A stretch of DNA of 64,000 bases from an uncultured Spirochaetia bacterium (GTDB lineage Bacteria > Desulfobacterota_D > UBA1144 > Nemesobacterales > Nemesobacteraceae). Positions 18,073 to 27,272 of this stretch are shown here, piece after piece. Where the stretch lies: assembly GCA_964429945.1 (NCBI GenBank), contig CAYSDX010000114.1, forward strand, positions 2,316-66,315, read 5' to 3'. Numbering within the stretch: the first letter of the stretch is position 1; the number at the start of each line of letters is the position of its first letter. Position numbers and translations under genes: made by a program. The notes under the pieces were generated by a model, which saw only the letters and a list, made by a program, of their open reading frames with translations, made no database searches and had not been told where the DNA came from.

Positions 18073-18363
18073 TTGCGCAAGATGAAAAAGCTGCTGTTGC
18101 TGTTAATGTTCTTGCCGCTGGTCGGTGCGACATTTAGCGTGGCGGTTGCGGATACGTACGTAAGAGGTTACTACCGCAAAGATGGAACTTATGTGAGACC
18201 ACACTACAGATCATCTCCAGACAGCAGCTACAACAACAATTGGTCTGTTAAACCGAACGTAAATCCATATACTGGCAAATCCGGCACAAGGAATCCGACA
18301 TGGAACGATAGAAGTCCATATACCGATACGGATTCATATTATATTGACCTATACGGGGAATAA
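18073..18363 (+). CDS. Small secreted protein (signal peptide; Tyr/Asn/Pro-rich mature part)
   Basis: Signal peptide MRKMKKLLLLLMFLPLVGATFSVAVA, then YVRGYYRKDGTYVRPHYRS...NPYTGKSGTRNP. Confidence 0.6.
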   Translation: MRKMKKLLLLLMFLPLVGATFSVAVADTYVRGYYRKDGTYVRPHYRSSPDSSYNNNWSVKPNVNPYTGKSGTRNPTWNDRSPYTDTDSYYIDLYGE

Positions 18364-18612
18364 AAAAGTGTCCTATTCAGCAATTGTGCGATGAATTGAA
18401 TGTTTCGCCGATCGGGCTATTTGGTTTTTAAATTGTCTTATCCGTTAATGAGAAAGCTGGAAAAAAGAAAGTTTACGCTGCAGGAAGAAAGGGGCATGGC
18501 AAACGAATATCTTCTTATTTGGCAATAATTGTGTCCCCTTTGATGTGGTTGCGCACCAAATGGATTTCTTACAAGTCTGTTTTTCCCGTCTGGGGCTGAC
18601 CAAGAAAACGCC

Positions 18613-21600
18613 TTGCGGGAAATTTTATCTGAAGAGTTTGGCAGTGATAAGCAAAAAACAATTGGAGTTGAGTTCGTGAGTCCCGATTCAACTATTTCAT
18701 TGGAAACGGCCCACGAGAATTTGGGCTGGCCAAATCCAGAAAATGTAACGCATCCCAAAGGTGCGGGGGCATCAGTCTTTGCCGCACTGGTCCGGGAAAA
18801 GATCGGGAGTGCTTTGCGACATCTTCTCCAAGCTCAGAAGGTGCGGATTGGCGTTCTGATGGAAGACCCAGATGCTTCAACATCTGAACCGCCTCTGGCA
18901 ATTGTCGCGGAATTCAATTCAGAAATAGATGCAGAAGTCCTTCGCGAGTTGCACCGGCTATCTTGGAATTTCTCGCATGTGCCCGTGGTAATAACGATTG
19001 AACCGACCCTACTGCGCGCTTGGAGTTGTTGCGAAGCCCCCGACCCTGAGCGTGAAATTGATGAGTACTTGGTGCGAGATTTTCCGGCGGAGCATTTAGA
19101 GATTGGACGGTCTGAGGAAATCGAGGTGCGTGCGGCGCATGTCTTGCATTGGGTAAATTTGGCTTCGGGGCAATTTTTTGCCGAGCATTCGTCGCGTTTC
19201 AATCGCAATGGCCGTGCGGACCAGATGCTTCTGCAAAATTTGCGTTACCTTCGCGAGGAACTTAAAAACAGAGGGTTGACCGATGATGACATATGTCATG
19301 ATCTGCTGGCGCGCGTGATTTTTGTTCAGTTTCTCTTCGACAGAAAGGACCGGGATGGAAATCCCGCACTTACGGACGGGAGGCTCCTTCGTCTTCAGGA
19401 AGATGGAGTTCTCAAAAACTCCCACTCGTCCTTTGAAGGTGTTCTTCTCGACTATGAGGATACCTACCACCTATTTGATTGGCTCAACGCTAAATTCAAC
19501 GGCGACCTGTTCCCCGGCAAGGGCAACTCCTCCCAAGAACGAGCGGAAGGATGGGCCAAGGAGAAAGAAATTGTTGAGGCGAAGCACTTGTCACTGCTTG
19601 CTGATTTTGTCCGCGGCGATTTGGACATGCCCTCGGGACAGATGTGCCTCTGGCCTCAGTATGCTTTTGATGTCATTCCGCTGGAATTCATAAGCAGTAT
19701 TTATGAGACGTTCGTGAACGAGCGTGCGTCTCAGGATGGTATCTATTATACTCCTCCTCACTTAGTCGATTTTGTTCTGGACCGTGTTCTGCCTTGGGGC
19801 GGAACGGACTGGGATTTGAAAATCATGGACCCCGCCTGCGGTTCGGGTATTTTCCTAGTGAAGTCGTTTCAGCGGCTCGTTCATCGCTGGAAGCTGTCAA
19901 ATCAGGATGAACAGGTGCGGGCGGAAACGTTGCGGCGTCTGCTTGAGCGCAATATTTTTGGCGTCGACAAGGACCCGCACGCAGTACGCGTAGCCTGTTT
20001 CAGCCTCTATCTGGCCATGTGTGATGAGATCGAACCACGATATTATTGGACACAGGTTAAATTTCCGACTATGCGCCAGCGTCGATTGGTTCACTCTGAC
20101 TTCTTCTGTGAGGATAAGGAAGGGTTCAACACCGAAAGAGATGCCGGATCCTACGACTTGGTCATAGGCAACGCCCCGTTCGGTGCCGGTGTAATCACTG
20201 ACCATGCCCGAACTTGGGCAACCAGCAATGAACGCCGATGGAGCATACCTAACAAGGATATTGGCGGACTGTTTCTGGCCAAGGGTGCGCAGTTAGTTTC
20301 CGAGGCCGGGCGAGTAGCGTTTATTCAGTCTGCAAATGCTCTTTTGTTTAATGTTGGCAAAGCGGCAGACTTCCGCAAGGAGTTGTTCACCACGTATAAA
20401 GTGGAAGAAATCTACAACCTCTCCGCATTGCGTTTCCGGATATTTAAGGGAAAAAAACACACGGCGAAAACTTCTATGGCGCCTGTCTGCGTAATTGTTT
20501 TGCGCAGGGAAATCCCCTCGCTACATGACACGATAACTTATATCAGTCCGAAACATCTGCGGCCGCTTGTGGACGAACTTACTATAGTGATTGAACCGGG
20601 TGACCGGTGCTCGCTTTCGGTTCAAGACGCAATTACCGACCGTACGATTTGGTCAAAACTTATGTGGGGAAACCCCCGTGATTTGCAGTTGATCAAGAAA
20701 CTGCAGAATTTTCCAAGCCTGAAAAAACTGGATGGCGATTATAAAATAAAATCTCGAGTAGGCGTTGGTTTTGGTGACAAAAAGAAGTCCGCACCATACC
20801 TTGTTGGAAAAAGGATTTTCCGCGAAAAAATGTTCTCGACGGAGAATATTTTTTCATTCAATGCAGATGATTTGCACTTAGTTAAAGAAGACATTCGGGT
20901 GCATTCGCGGGACTCAACGAATCTCGAAGCGTTTTCATTTCCGCAAATCATTGTAAAGCGCAGCTGGAATAGACCTACTGGCCGTTTTCATGTCCGCTTT
21001 CCCATATCAAAAGACAAAGCGGGAATTCTTTGTAACGAAAGTTATATTTCAATACACTCCGAGAAGACGGTTCTGGAAGCTGCCTGCTTTTCACATAACA
21101 GCAAGATTGCGGTGTATTTTCATTTTCTGACTAGCGGGCGCTTTGCCGCTTACAGGCCAAGGCTCTTGAAAGATGAGATTTTAAACCTGCCTATGCCGGA
21201 TCCTGAGTCAGACTTGCTTCAAGGAATCGAAAGCTATCAAGCCCTTGACGAGCATGCATTCAAGCTTTTTGGTTTAAAGGACGCGGAAAGGGTTCTCATA
21301 GAAGACACGATTGAATATACTCTTGAAGATTTTCTTGGGAGGGAACGCACAGACTCAAAAGGTAAGCAGCGGACATCCTTTGGTGATTCAACTGAAAATG
21401 AAACGCATATGCGTTCCTATTGCTCTTATTTCCTCCGCGTTCTTAAAGCCGGGTTCGGTAAAGAAAAGTTGGTTTCAGCAACAATCTTCAGATGTTTGCC
21501 CGAAAGCGTGCCTTACCGATTGGTTGCTTTTGCTCTGGGGGCTGAAGCAGAGAATGAAGTTGAAATTAAAAATATCCAGTCAAGTGCTCTTTTAGAGGAA

Positions 21601-21837
21601 TTTAAGCATATAAATCAAAAGTTAATAGCCACAACTGGAAGTGGAGGGATATACAACCAGCGTGTCGCGCGCATCTACGAAGTCAACAACGGCATACCGA
21701 CGGTTTTTGTTATCAAACCCGATCAGAAACGTTTCTGGACACGCAGCATGGGCCTTAAGGATGGCGACGAAGTAGCGCTCGATTTGTTTAGGTGGCAACA
21801 ACAGGCGGTTGCGGAAAACGAAGAGGCACTGCACTGA
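18613..21837 (+). CDS. Large N6-adenine DNA methyltransferase (gamma-class order, type IIG/BREX-PglX-like architecture)
   Basis: Motif I IMDPACGSGIFL precedes motif IV VIGNAPFG, with YYTPPHLVDF upstream. About 370 aa N-terminal and about 500 aa C-terminal regions are unassigned. No in-frame ATG lies near the 5' end (TTG 18613, or GTG 18676 preceded by GGAG). Confidence 0.8.
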   Translation: MREILSEEFGSDKQKTIGVEFVSPDSTISLETAHENLGWPNPENVTHPKGAGASVFAALVREKIGSALRHLLQAQKVRIGVLMEDPDASTSEPPLAIVAEFNSEIDAEVLRELHRLSWNFSHVPVVITIEPTLLRAWSCCEAPDPEREIDEYLVRDFPAEHLEIGRSEEIEVRAAHVLHWVNLASGQFFAEHSSRFNRNGRADQMLLQNLRYLREELKNRGLTDDDICHDLLARVIFVQFLFDRKDRDGNPALTDGRLLRLQEDGVLKNSHSSFEGVLLDYEDTYHLFDWLNAKFNGDLFPGKGNSSQERAEGWAKEKEIVEAKHLSLLADFVRGDLDMPSGQMCLWPQYAFDVIPLEFISSIYETFVNERASQDGIYYTPPHLVDFVLDRVLPWGGTDWDLKIMDPACGSGIFLVKSFQRLVHRWKLSNQDEQVRAETLRRLLERNIFGVDKDPHAVRVACFSLYLAMCDEIEPRYYWTQVKFPTMRQRRLVHSDFFCEDKEGFNTERDAGSYDLVIGNAPFGAGVITDHARTWATSNERRWSIPNKDIGGLFLAKGAQLVSEAGRVAFIQSANALLFNVGKAADFRKELFTTYKVEEIYNLSALRFRIFKGKKHTAKTSMAPVCVIVLRREIPSLHDTITYISPKHLRPLVDELTIVIEPGDRCSLSVQDAITDRTIWSKLMWGNPRDLQLIKKLQNFPSLKKLDGDYKIKSRVGVGFGDKKKSAPYLVGKRIFREKMFSTENIFSFNADDLHLVKEDIRVHSRDSTNLEAFSFPQIIVKRSWNRPTGRFHVRFPISKDKAGILCNESYISIHSEKTVLEAACFSHNSKIAVYFHFLTSGRFAAYRPRLLKDEILNLPMPDPESDLLQGIESYQALDEHAFKLFGLKDAERVLIEDTIEYTLEDFLGRERTDSKGKQRTSFGDSTENETHMRSYCSYFLRVLKAGFGKEKLVSATIFRCLPESVPYRLVAFALGAEAENEVEIKNIQSSALLEEFKHINQKLIATTGSGGIYNQRVARIYEVNNGIPTVFVIKPDQKRFWTRSMGLKDGDEVALDLFRWQQQAVAENEEALH

Positions 21838-22502
21838 TGTCCCAATTTACTGGTGCAAACAGTGCACCGTTTGTCGACTCCGACTTTATTGTGTCGGTTC
21901 GTTTGTGGACGCAGGATCCAGCCGGGCAATTTCTGAATTTTGTCTGGCTGGCTTACGAAGACATGATAGCGTCGCCGCCTGATGTGGACACGAGGGACTT
22001 GGAGAGAAGCATAACCCAGCTCTTGGAGCCTCGCATTCGTGATAGAATGACTGGTGATGAACCGTTCTATATTCAACATGGGTCTTTTGAACGGGAAACG
22101 ATGAAGCCTCCGCCTGCACAGCCGCCGCAATATGATCTGGCGTTTGTTTCCCAGGCGGATGAGAGAATCATGTGGCCTATAGAAGCAAAAGTCCTCAAAA
22201 CTCCTAGGAGGGTAGCTGCCTATGTTCGCGACGTTCGGGAGGAGTTCCTGACATGCAGATATGCCCCGTTTTCAAGTTCTGGGGCGATGCTGGGTTACCT
22301 GTTGACTGGTATTCCTGACGATGCTTTCGTGACGATAGCTCAAAGGTTGGGTTGCAATTTGGAAACAGTGGCGGGACATACTGAAAAACCAATTCGATTC
22401 TCGAAACACAGAAGGAAGGTACCAGACGGAAAATCTTATCCTGCTGAGTTTGACTGCTACCACATGATTTTAGAGTATCCTGATTTGAGTCGAGAAACCT
22501 AA
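21837..22502 (+). CDS. PD-(D/E)xK-like nuclease-fold protein
   Basis: 221 aa with YDLAF...(x15)...WPIEAKVLK fitting D...ExK. Its ATG overlaps the methyltransferase TGA (TGATG). Confidence 0.55.
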   Translation: MSQFTGANSAPFVDSDFIVSVRLWTQDPAGQFLNFVWLAYEDMIASPPDVDTRDLERSITQLLEPRIRDRMTGDEPFYIQHGSFERETMKPPPAQPPQYDLAFVSQADERIMWPIEAKVLKTPRRVAAYVRDVREEFLTCRYAPFSSSGAMLGYLLTGIPDDAFVTIAQRLGCNLETVAGHTEKPIRFSKHRRKVPDGKSYPAEFDCYHMILEYPDLSRET

Positions 22503-22589
22503 TTTGGTGACAATGTACCTGAGTATGATTTGGTGCTTTATTCCTTACTTCTTTTAACTGGCTGTCAACTTAAGTATATAATTCCCAAA

Positions 22590-22605
22590 TGTTTCACGTG
22601 AAACA
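22590..22605. promoter_or_regulatory. parS: parS centromere-like site (ParB/Spo0J binding)
   Basis: TGTTTCACGTGAAACA, a perfect match to the TGTTNCACGTGAAACA consensus. The palindrome extends to 20 bp (22588-22607). Confidence 0.85.
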
Positions 22606-22619
22606 TTCTGTTCCTGATA

Positions 22620-24014
22620 TTACTTTCCAATGCAGAATCTTGAGAAAATTCTGCCCAGAAGATCCTCCGTGGTCACTTCCCCCGTGATCTCGCCGAGTGA
22701 ATTCATGGAGTTTCGCAACTCTATCGAGAGGATCTCGGGATATTCGCCGCGTTCAAGCAGTTCAAGGAACGTGCCTAGCTGCTCATGGGCCTTCTCCATA
22801 GATTCTTTGTGGCGCAGGTTGGTCAGCACCAGTTCCGAGGCGTCCGTACCGCGAGACGAGCCCGCAAGGACCTCAAAGATTGTCTGCCGGAGGTGATCTA
22901 TCCCCTCTCCGGCAAGTGCCGAGGTTTTTACCGTCTTTTTTTGGCCGAGAACCCGCTTAAGCTTGGATTTTTCAATCTTTTCCTCTAGGTCAGCCTTGTT
23001 AATCACCACAAGATGCTTCTTTTTGGCGGCGGTTTCGAGGATTTTTCTATCCAGAGAATCGAGTTCGGTACTCTGGTCCAAGACGACGAGCACGAACTCG
23101 GATTCCTCGGCTTTTTTGAGAGAAAGTTCCATCCCGAGTCTTTCTATCCGGTCTTTCGTGTCTCTTATGCCAGCCGTATCCGTTATAACGAGGGGAATCC
23201 CTCCAACATTTATCCTTTCTTCAATAAAATCTCTCGTGGTTCCGGCTACTGGGCTCACTATAGCCCTTTGGGTCTCGAGCAGGCAGTTAAGTATGCTTGA
23301 TTTCCCGACGTTAGGCTTGCCCAGTATCACCATCGTCACTCCGTCTCTGAACATTCTGCCAGTATCGTAGCTCTCGATGAGGGTCGAAAGTTCTTTTTCC
23401 ACGGATTCAGATGTTTCCTTGAGACGGTTTTTCGCAACAGGATCTATATCTTCTTCGGGAAAATCTAGGTTCGCCTCTATTTCCGCCAGAATGTCGAGGA
23501 TTTGATCTTTAAGTGCGTTCACCTTGCCCGAAAGGACTCCTTCGAGCTGCGCCTCGGCGTACCGAAGGCTCTGCTCAGTCTGGGCGTTTATGATGTCAGA
23601 GACCGCCTCGGCCTGGGCCAAGTCCATTTTCCCGTTAAGAAACGCCCTCTGGGTAAATTCCCCTGGGGCGGCAAGGGTCGCCCCGAGACCGATTAGGATT
23701 TCAAGTATTTTCCGGGGAACCATATGCCCCCCGTGAGAGTGTATTTCGGCTACGTCCTCGCCCGTATAGGTATCAGGAGAGTTCATAACGACGCAGAGAA
23801 CCTCGTCCACGGTTTCATCGGTTTCGGGGTTGACTATCTTCCCGAAACAAAGTTTTCTCTGGGAAAACCCCGAATTTCCGGCAGGAACGAAGATTTTCCT
23901 TGCGATCGCGTGAGATTCCACGCCACTTATGCGGATTACGGCCACTCCTCCCTCTCCAAGGGGGGTGGAAATGGCGGCTATGGTGCTTTCGCGTTCGGGC
24001 ACAAGTGACGACAT
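22620..24014 (-). CDS. mnmE: tRNA modification GTPase MnmE (TrmE)
   Basis: G1 GKPNVGKSS, DTAGIR, NKAD and C-terminal FCIGK. Confidence 0.95.
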   Translation of the reverse strand: MSSLVPERESTIAAISTPLGEGGVAVIRISGVESHAIARKIFVPAGNSGFSQRKLCFGKIVNPETDETVDEVLCVVMNSPDTYTGEDVAEIHSHGGHMVPRKILEILIGLGATLAAPGEFTQRAFLNGKMDLAQAEAVSDIINAQTEQSLRYAEAQLEGVLSGKVNALKDQILDILAEIEANLDFPEEDIDPVAKNRLKETSESVEKELSTLIESYDTGRMFRDGVTMVILGKPNVGKSSILNCLLETQRAIVSPVAGTTRDFIEERINVGGIPLVITDTAGIRDTKDRIERLGMELSLKKAEESEFVLVVLDQSTELDSLDRKILETAAKKKHLVVINKADLEEKIEKSKLKRVLGQKKTVKTSALAGEGIDHLRQTIFEVLAGSSRGTDASELVLTNLRHKESMEKAHEQLGTFLELLERGEYPEILSIELRNSMNSLGEITGEVTTEDLLGRIFSRFCIGK

Positions 24015-24061
24015 GAAAGAGAATCTACCATATAAAGCCGCATTCGGTCAGAGGAAAAAGT

Positions 24062-24098
24062 TAAAAAACCCTGAATGTTTCACGTGAAACATTCAGGG
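24062..24098 (-). terminator. Intrinsic terminator-like hairpin (contains parS) after the CMD-family gene
   Basis: On the minus strand, the 30-bp perfect palindrome CCCTGAATGTTTCACGTGAAACATTCAGGG is followed directly by TTTTTT. It lies 35 nt downstream of the stop at 24133. Confidence 0.55.
24076..24091. promoter_or_regulatory. parS: parS centromere-like site (second copy)
   Basis: TGTTTCACGTGAAACA again, embedded in a 30-bp perfect palindrome (24069-24098). Confidence 0.85.
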
Positions 24099-24132
24099 CA
24101 AATGAGGAGGATTCTCAAAGAAACCGTTAAAG

Positions 24133-24816
24133 CTATTTCTCGAGACTCTTAAGCGTGTCCATGGCAATGCTGGTGTGCGCATAACAGGAACCGGCAGTCA
24201 TGACCATGGCAACGTTTATGGCCTCAGCCATCTGCTCCGCAGTCACGCCGTCGGTATGCGCGTCCTTCACGGTTCCCCTGATACAATAAGGACATTTAGT
24301 CGCATGAGCGCAGGCAAGACCTATTATGCCCCTTTTCATTTTTTTACTGAGGGCTCCGTCGGCGAAGATCTTCTTGTGAAGTTCCATGAAGTGGGGGGAG
24401 ATATCGCCGCTGCATTCCCTGAAACTGGCAATTTCCTTCGCTATGTCTTTCTTGAAAAAGTGCCCCTCGGTAAGCGGGATGCCGCTTTCAAGGGTGTCCC
24501 AGGCTTCAAAAGCTAGGCTTGAAAACGCGAAAGGCCCCCCCATGTTGAGCCTAAGTCCCACGTATATCGATTCGACTATTTCCTGGTCGCTCGCTCCCTC
24601 TTTTTTGCTGGCCCGTACCCTTGACCTTATGCAGTAGGGACAAGCCGTAATATGCGCTACGGCTACGGCAATGAGCTGCTTTTCCTTTGCGGTAAGGGCT
24701 CCGTCGGTAAACACCGAATCATGATAAGCCATCCAAGAATCGTAAAGATCCGGGTTCAGTTTTCTCAGATGAGCTATATCCGCGCCGATCTGGGCCTTCA
24801 TTATGGTATCAGACAT
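24133..24816 (-). CDS. Carboxymuconolactone decarboxylase (AhpD-like) family protein with two CMD repeats
   Basis: Two repeats, each with the CxxC-type motif (AHITACPYCIRS and AHATKCPYCIRG). Confidence 0.8.
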   Translation of the reverse strand: MSDTIMKAQIGADIAHLRKLNPDLYDSWMAYHDSVFTDGALTAKEKQLIAVAVAHITACPYCIRSRVRASKKEGASDQEIVESIYVGLRLNMGGPFAFSSLAFEAWDTLESGIPLTEGHFFKKDIAKEIASFRECSGDISPHFMELHKKIFADGALSKKMKRGIIGLACAHATKCPYCIRGTVKDAHTDGVTAEQMAEAINVAMVMTAGSCYAHTSIAMDTLKSLEK

Positions 24817-24984
24817 TTCAGTTATACCTCTCGTTGGTTATTGGTTTCCCTGTCTCTTGAAGAACTCCGTTTGATCAAAGCAGAAAAACCAACTTAGTAC
24901 GAAGAATTTAACTGCTTCAAACCGGGAAATCAACAGGCTGAGCACCAATGGAGGCAGATTTTGGTTAGACGGCAAGAGTGCGGG

Positions 24985-25623
24985 TTACGGCTCGTCGATT
25001 AAGCGGAGCCACTTGTCGGATAAATGCATCCACTCATCTTTAAGAAGGAGGCCTGCCCCCTGCGCGAGTACATCTTTTATAGGAGAAAGAGACTTCTTGG
25101 TTTTAGCCATAAGTATGGCTCCTTCGAACTGAGAAATCATGAATCCGGCCGCCATCTTCGTATCAAGATCCTCTTTTAAAAAACCCTGTTCTATTCCTCT
25201 TCTAAAACAGTTCTCAAGCAGAGCTTCGCATTCCCGAAAATATTTATCCAGAACAAAACGGAATTTCTCGTTTAAGGAACTCTGTTCCAAGGCCAGGTTT
25301 CCGAAAATAGAGCCCGGGTATATGGGCTGCTTGAAAAGATCACGTTGAGAAAAAAATCTCATTTTATACCATTCCCAAAGCTGTTCAACAACATTGAGAT
25401 CAGTTTCCATGATTTTCGAGAAGTCACGGATTTCGGTATCGGCAAGTTTTGTGAGAACACTCAATCCCAGCTCTTCTTTGCCTTCGAAGTAGTAGTAGAA
25501 ATTGCTCTTGGAAACGCCCGCTTTCTTTATAAGCATGTCTATGGAAGTTCCGTCATAACCATAGATATGGAAAAGCTCGGTAGCGGCATCCATAATTTTA
25601 TCTTTGTTGCTCATAACGTTCAA
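24985..25623 (-). CDS. TetR/AcrR family transcriptional regulator
   Basis: N-terminal HTH AATELFHIYGYDGTSIDMLIKKAGVSKSNFYYYF. Confidence 0.88.
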   Translation of the reverse strand: MNVMSNKDKIMDAATELFHIYGYDGTSIDMLIKKAGVSKSNFYYYFEGKEELGLSVLTKLADTEIRDFSKIMETDLNVVEQLWEWYKMRFFSQRDLFKQPIYPGSIFGNLALEQSSLNEKFRFVLDKYFRECEALLENCFRRGIEQGFLKEDLDTKMAAGFMISQFEGAILMAKTKKSLSPIKDVLAQGAGLLLKDEWMHLSDKWLRLIDEP

Positions 25624-25699
25624 TTAACTCTAGTGCTAAAATTACTAAACCTTTAGAAAAATCCATTGTCAAGGGTAACAGGGATGAATTTAGAAGTGA

Positions 25700-26827
25700 T
25701 TACAATATAATACGGAACGGTTGGTCCTTATCGAGGCCCGCAAGTTCTTCGGATGAAAAACCTTTTGACTGGAGCAGAACCTTGAACCTTTTTCCCATGA
25801 ATTCAGGCATAAAAAGAGTTTTGGCCGCGAGGCGATCCTTCTCGTTCTGCGGCTTATCGTATGTCTTGAAAATCTCGAGAATTCCCCAGTCAACAAGGAA
25901 CTGCCCCTGCGTGGTATACTCGACGGCAGCAAGACCCAGAGTATCTCCGACCCTCATAAGTTCGGAAAAATTAACGTCGGCGGTTATATCCTGCTCTCCG
26001 ACCCTTATGTAAGGATTTGAACTGAGTTCGTGGCGGTAAAAACACCTCCAGGTACCCCCGCGTTTTTCGGGCGAGTAGAGTTCGGAGGCCAGAGATCCGT
26101 AGTCAATACTGAGAACAAACCCTTTTTGAAGCGTTTTTCCCACCCCGGCAAGCCATTTTCCCGCCAGTAGACAAGCTTCCGCCTCTTCGCCCTGAGCGTA
26201 TTTGTCCAGATACCGTTTCGAAAACTCATGGACATCCTCGGTTTCAGGATCTCGAAGAACTTCCTCGATTTCCCCGTCGCGAAGGGAAAGAAAAACCTCG
26301 CGCATCTTCCCCCCATCCGATTTCAGCCTGTGGAAAGGCAGAGAATCAAGAAATTCGTTCGCGATTATCACTCCGCAGAAGCCATCTCTTTCGATTTTTC
26401 GCAGGTCGTCCGTCCACCGCACTTTCTCGCGGTGTCCCTCCAGAGTTTTTTTCGCCGCCCGTCTCGCCACGGGGCTTATCTCGCTTATAACGTAATCGGT
26501 TCTTGAGTAGAGGTCCGGGTGGGTTTCACGAAGAGCTCCGAGTATGTCGAATGCAAGCTGACCGTTTGAGGCCCCGAACTCCACGACCGTGAACTTTCCG
26601 CCTCCAAGAAGAAGCGACGCCTTGGCAAGCAAGCGCGAGAGGGTCTCCCCGAAAGAGCGGTGAACCGACGGGGCGGTGTAAAAATCGCCCTTCTTTCCGA
26701 TTCTCGCGTTTCCCGACGAATAGTAGCCCTGCTCCGGGTGAAAAAGAGAGAATTCGACAAACTTCCGGAAAGAAATCGAGCCGGATTCCCGTATTTCCTC
26801 CTTTATGATTTCCAAAAGCGTACGCAT
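25700..26827 (-). CDS. Class I SAM-dependent methyltransferase, MidA/NDUFAF7 (DUF185) family
   Basis: FRKFVEFSLFHPEQGYY...GDFYTAPSVH...VVEFGASNG pattern typical of DUF185. Confidence 0.75.
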   Translation of the reverse strand: MRTLLEIIKEEIRESGSISFRKFVEFSLFHPEQGYYSSGNARIGKKGDFYTAPSVHRSFGETLSRLLAKASLLLGGGKFTVVEFGASNGQLAFDILGALRETHPDLYSRTDYVISEISPVARRAAKKTLEGHREKVRWTDDLRKIERDGFCGVIIANEFLDSLPFHRLKSDGGKMREVFLSLRDGEIEEVLRDPETEDVHEFSKRYLDKYAQGEEAEACLLAGKWLAGVGKTLQKGFVLSIDYGSLASELYSPEKRGGTWRCFYRHELSSNPYIRVGEQDITADVNFSELMRVGDTLGLAAVEYTTQGQFLVDWGILEIFKTYDKPQNEKDRLAAKTLFMPEFMGKRFKVLLQSKGFSSEELAGLDKDQPFRIIL

Positions 26828-27272
26828 TTTTTCTCCGCCGCAGAAAACAACAGCCTGGAGATTAAATTACACAGCTTTTTGAGGTTTTAAAAACGGGGAG
26901 AAATTCGCCTGAAAAATAAGAGAAACCAAGAGCTTGGGTGCGGCTCCAAACGGCGTTTGCACTAACCGGTAACATTTCACAGAACGCTAAAAGAACCCTT
27001 TTTGAGGTTAAAAAAATTATCGAGTAATTTCAAGGAGTTACCTCTTTCGAACTGGGTCTAATCAAAACATTCCACAATCTATCAACAGAAAAAAATTGTT
27101 TGATATCAAGTAATTACGAAAACACGAGACCCTCTCGCGGCTTCCGCCTCGAGAGGGAACGCAAAAGTCGCCGAAGGAGGCAGTTTACGTTCATTATCAA
27201 CTGGGAAATCCAAGGCGGATTATGCCCGAAAAACACCCGAAAAGCGGCGCAAATCTTATGTTATCCGCCGGT

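Noticed and set aside
20451-20457. A7 run in the methyltransferase gene (also A8 in dnaA at 45018-45025 and T8 in the AlbA_2-like gene at 60200-60207) as possible phase-variation tracts.
   Set aside because: These are A/T runs encoding Lys/Phe pairs, and one of them lies in an essential gene. That is no stronger than chance, unlike the G9 and A9 tracts reported as findings.
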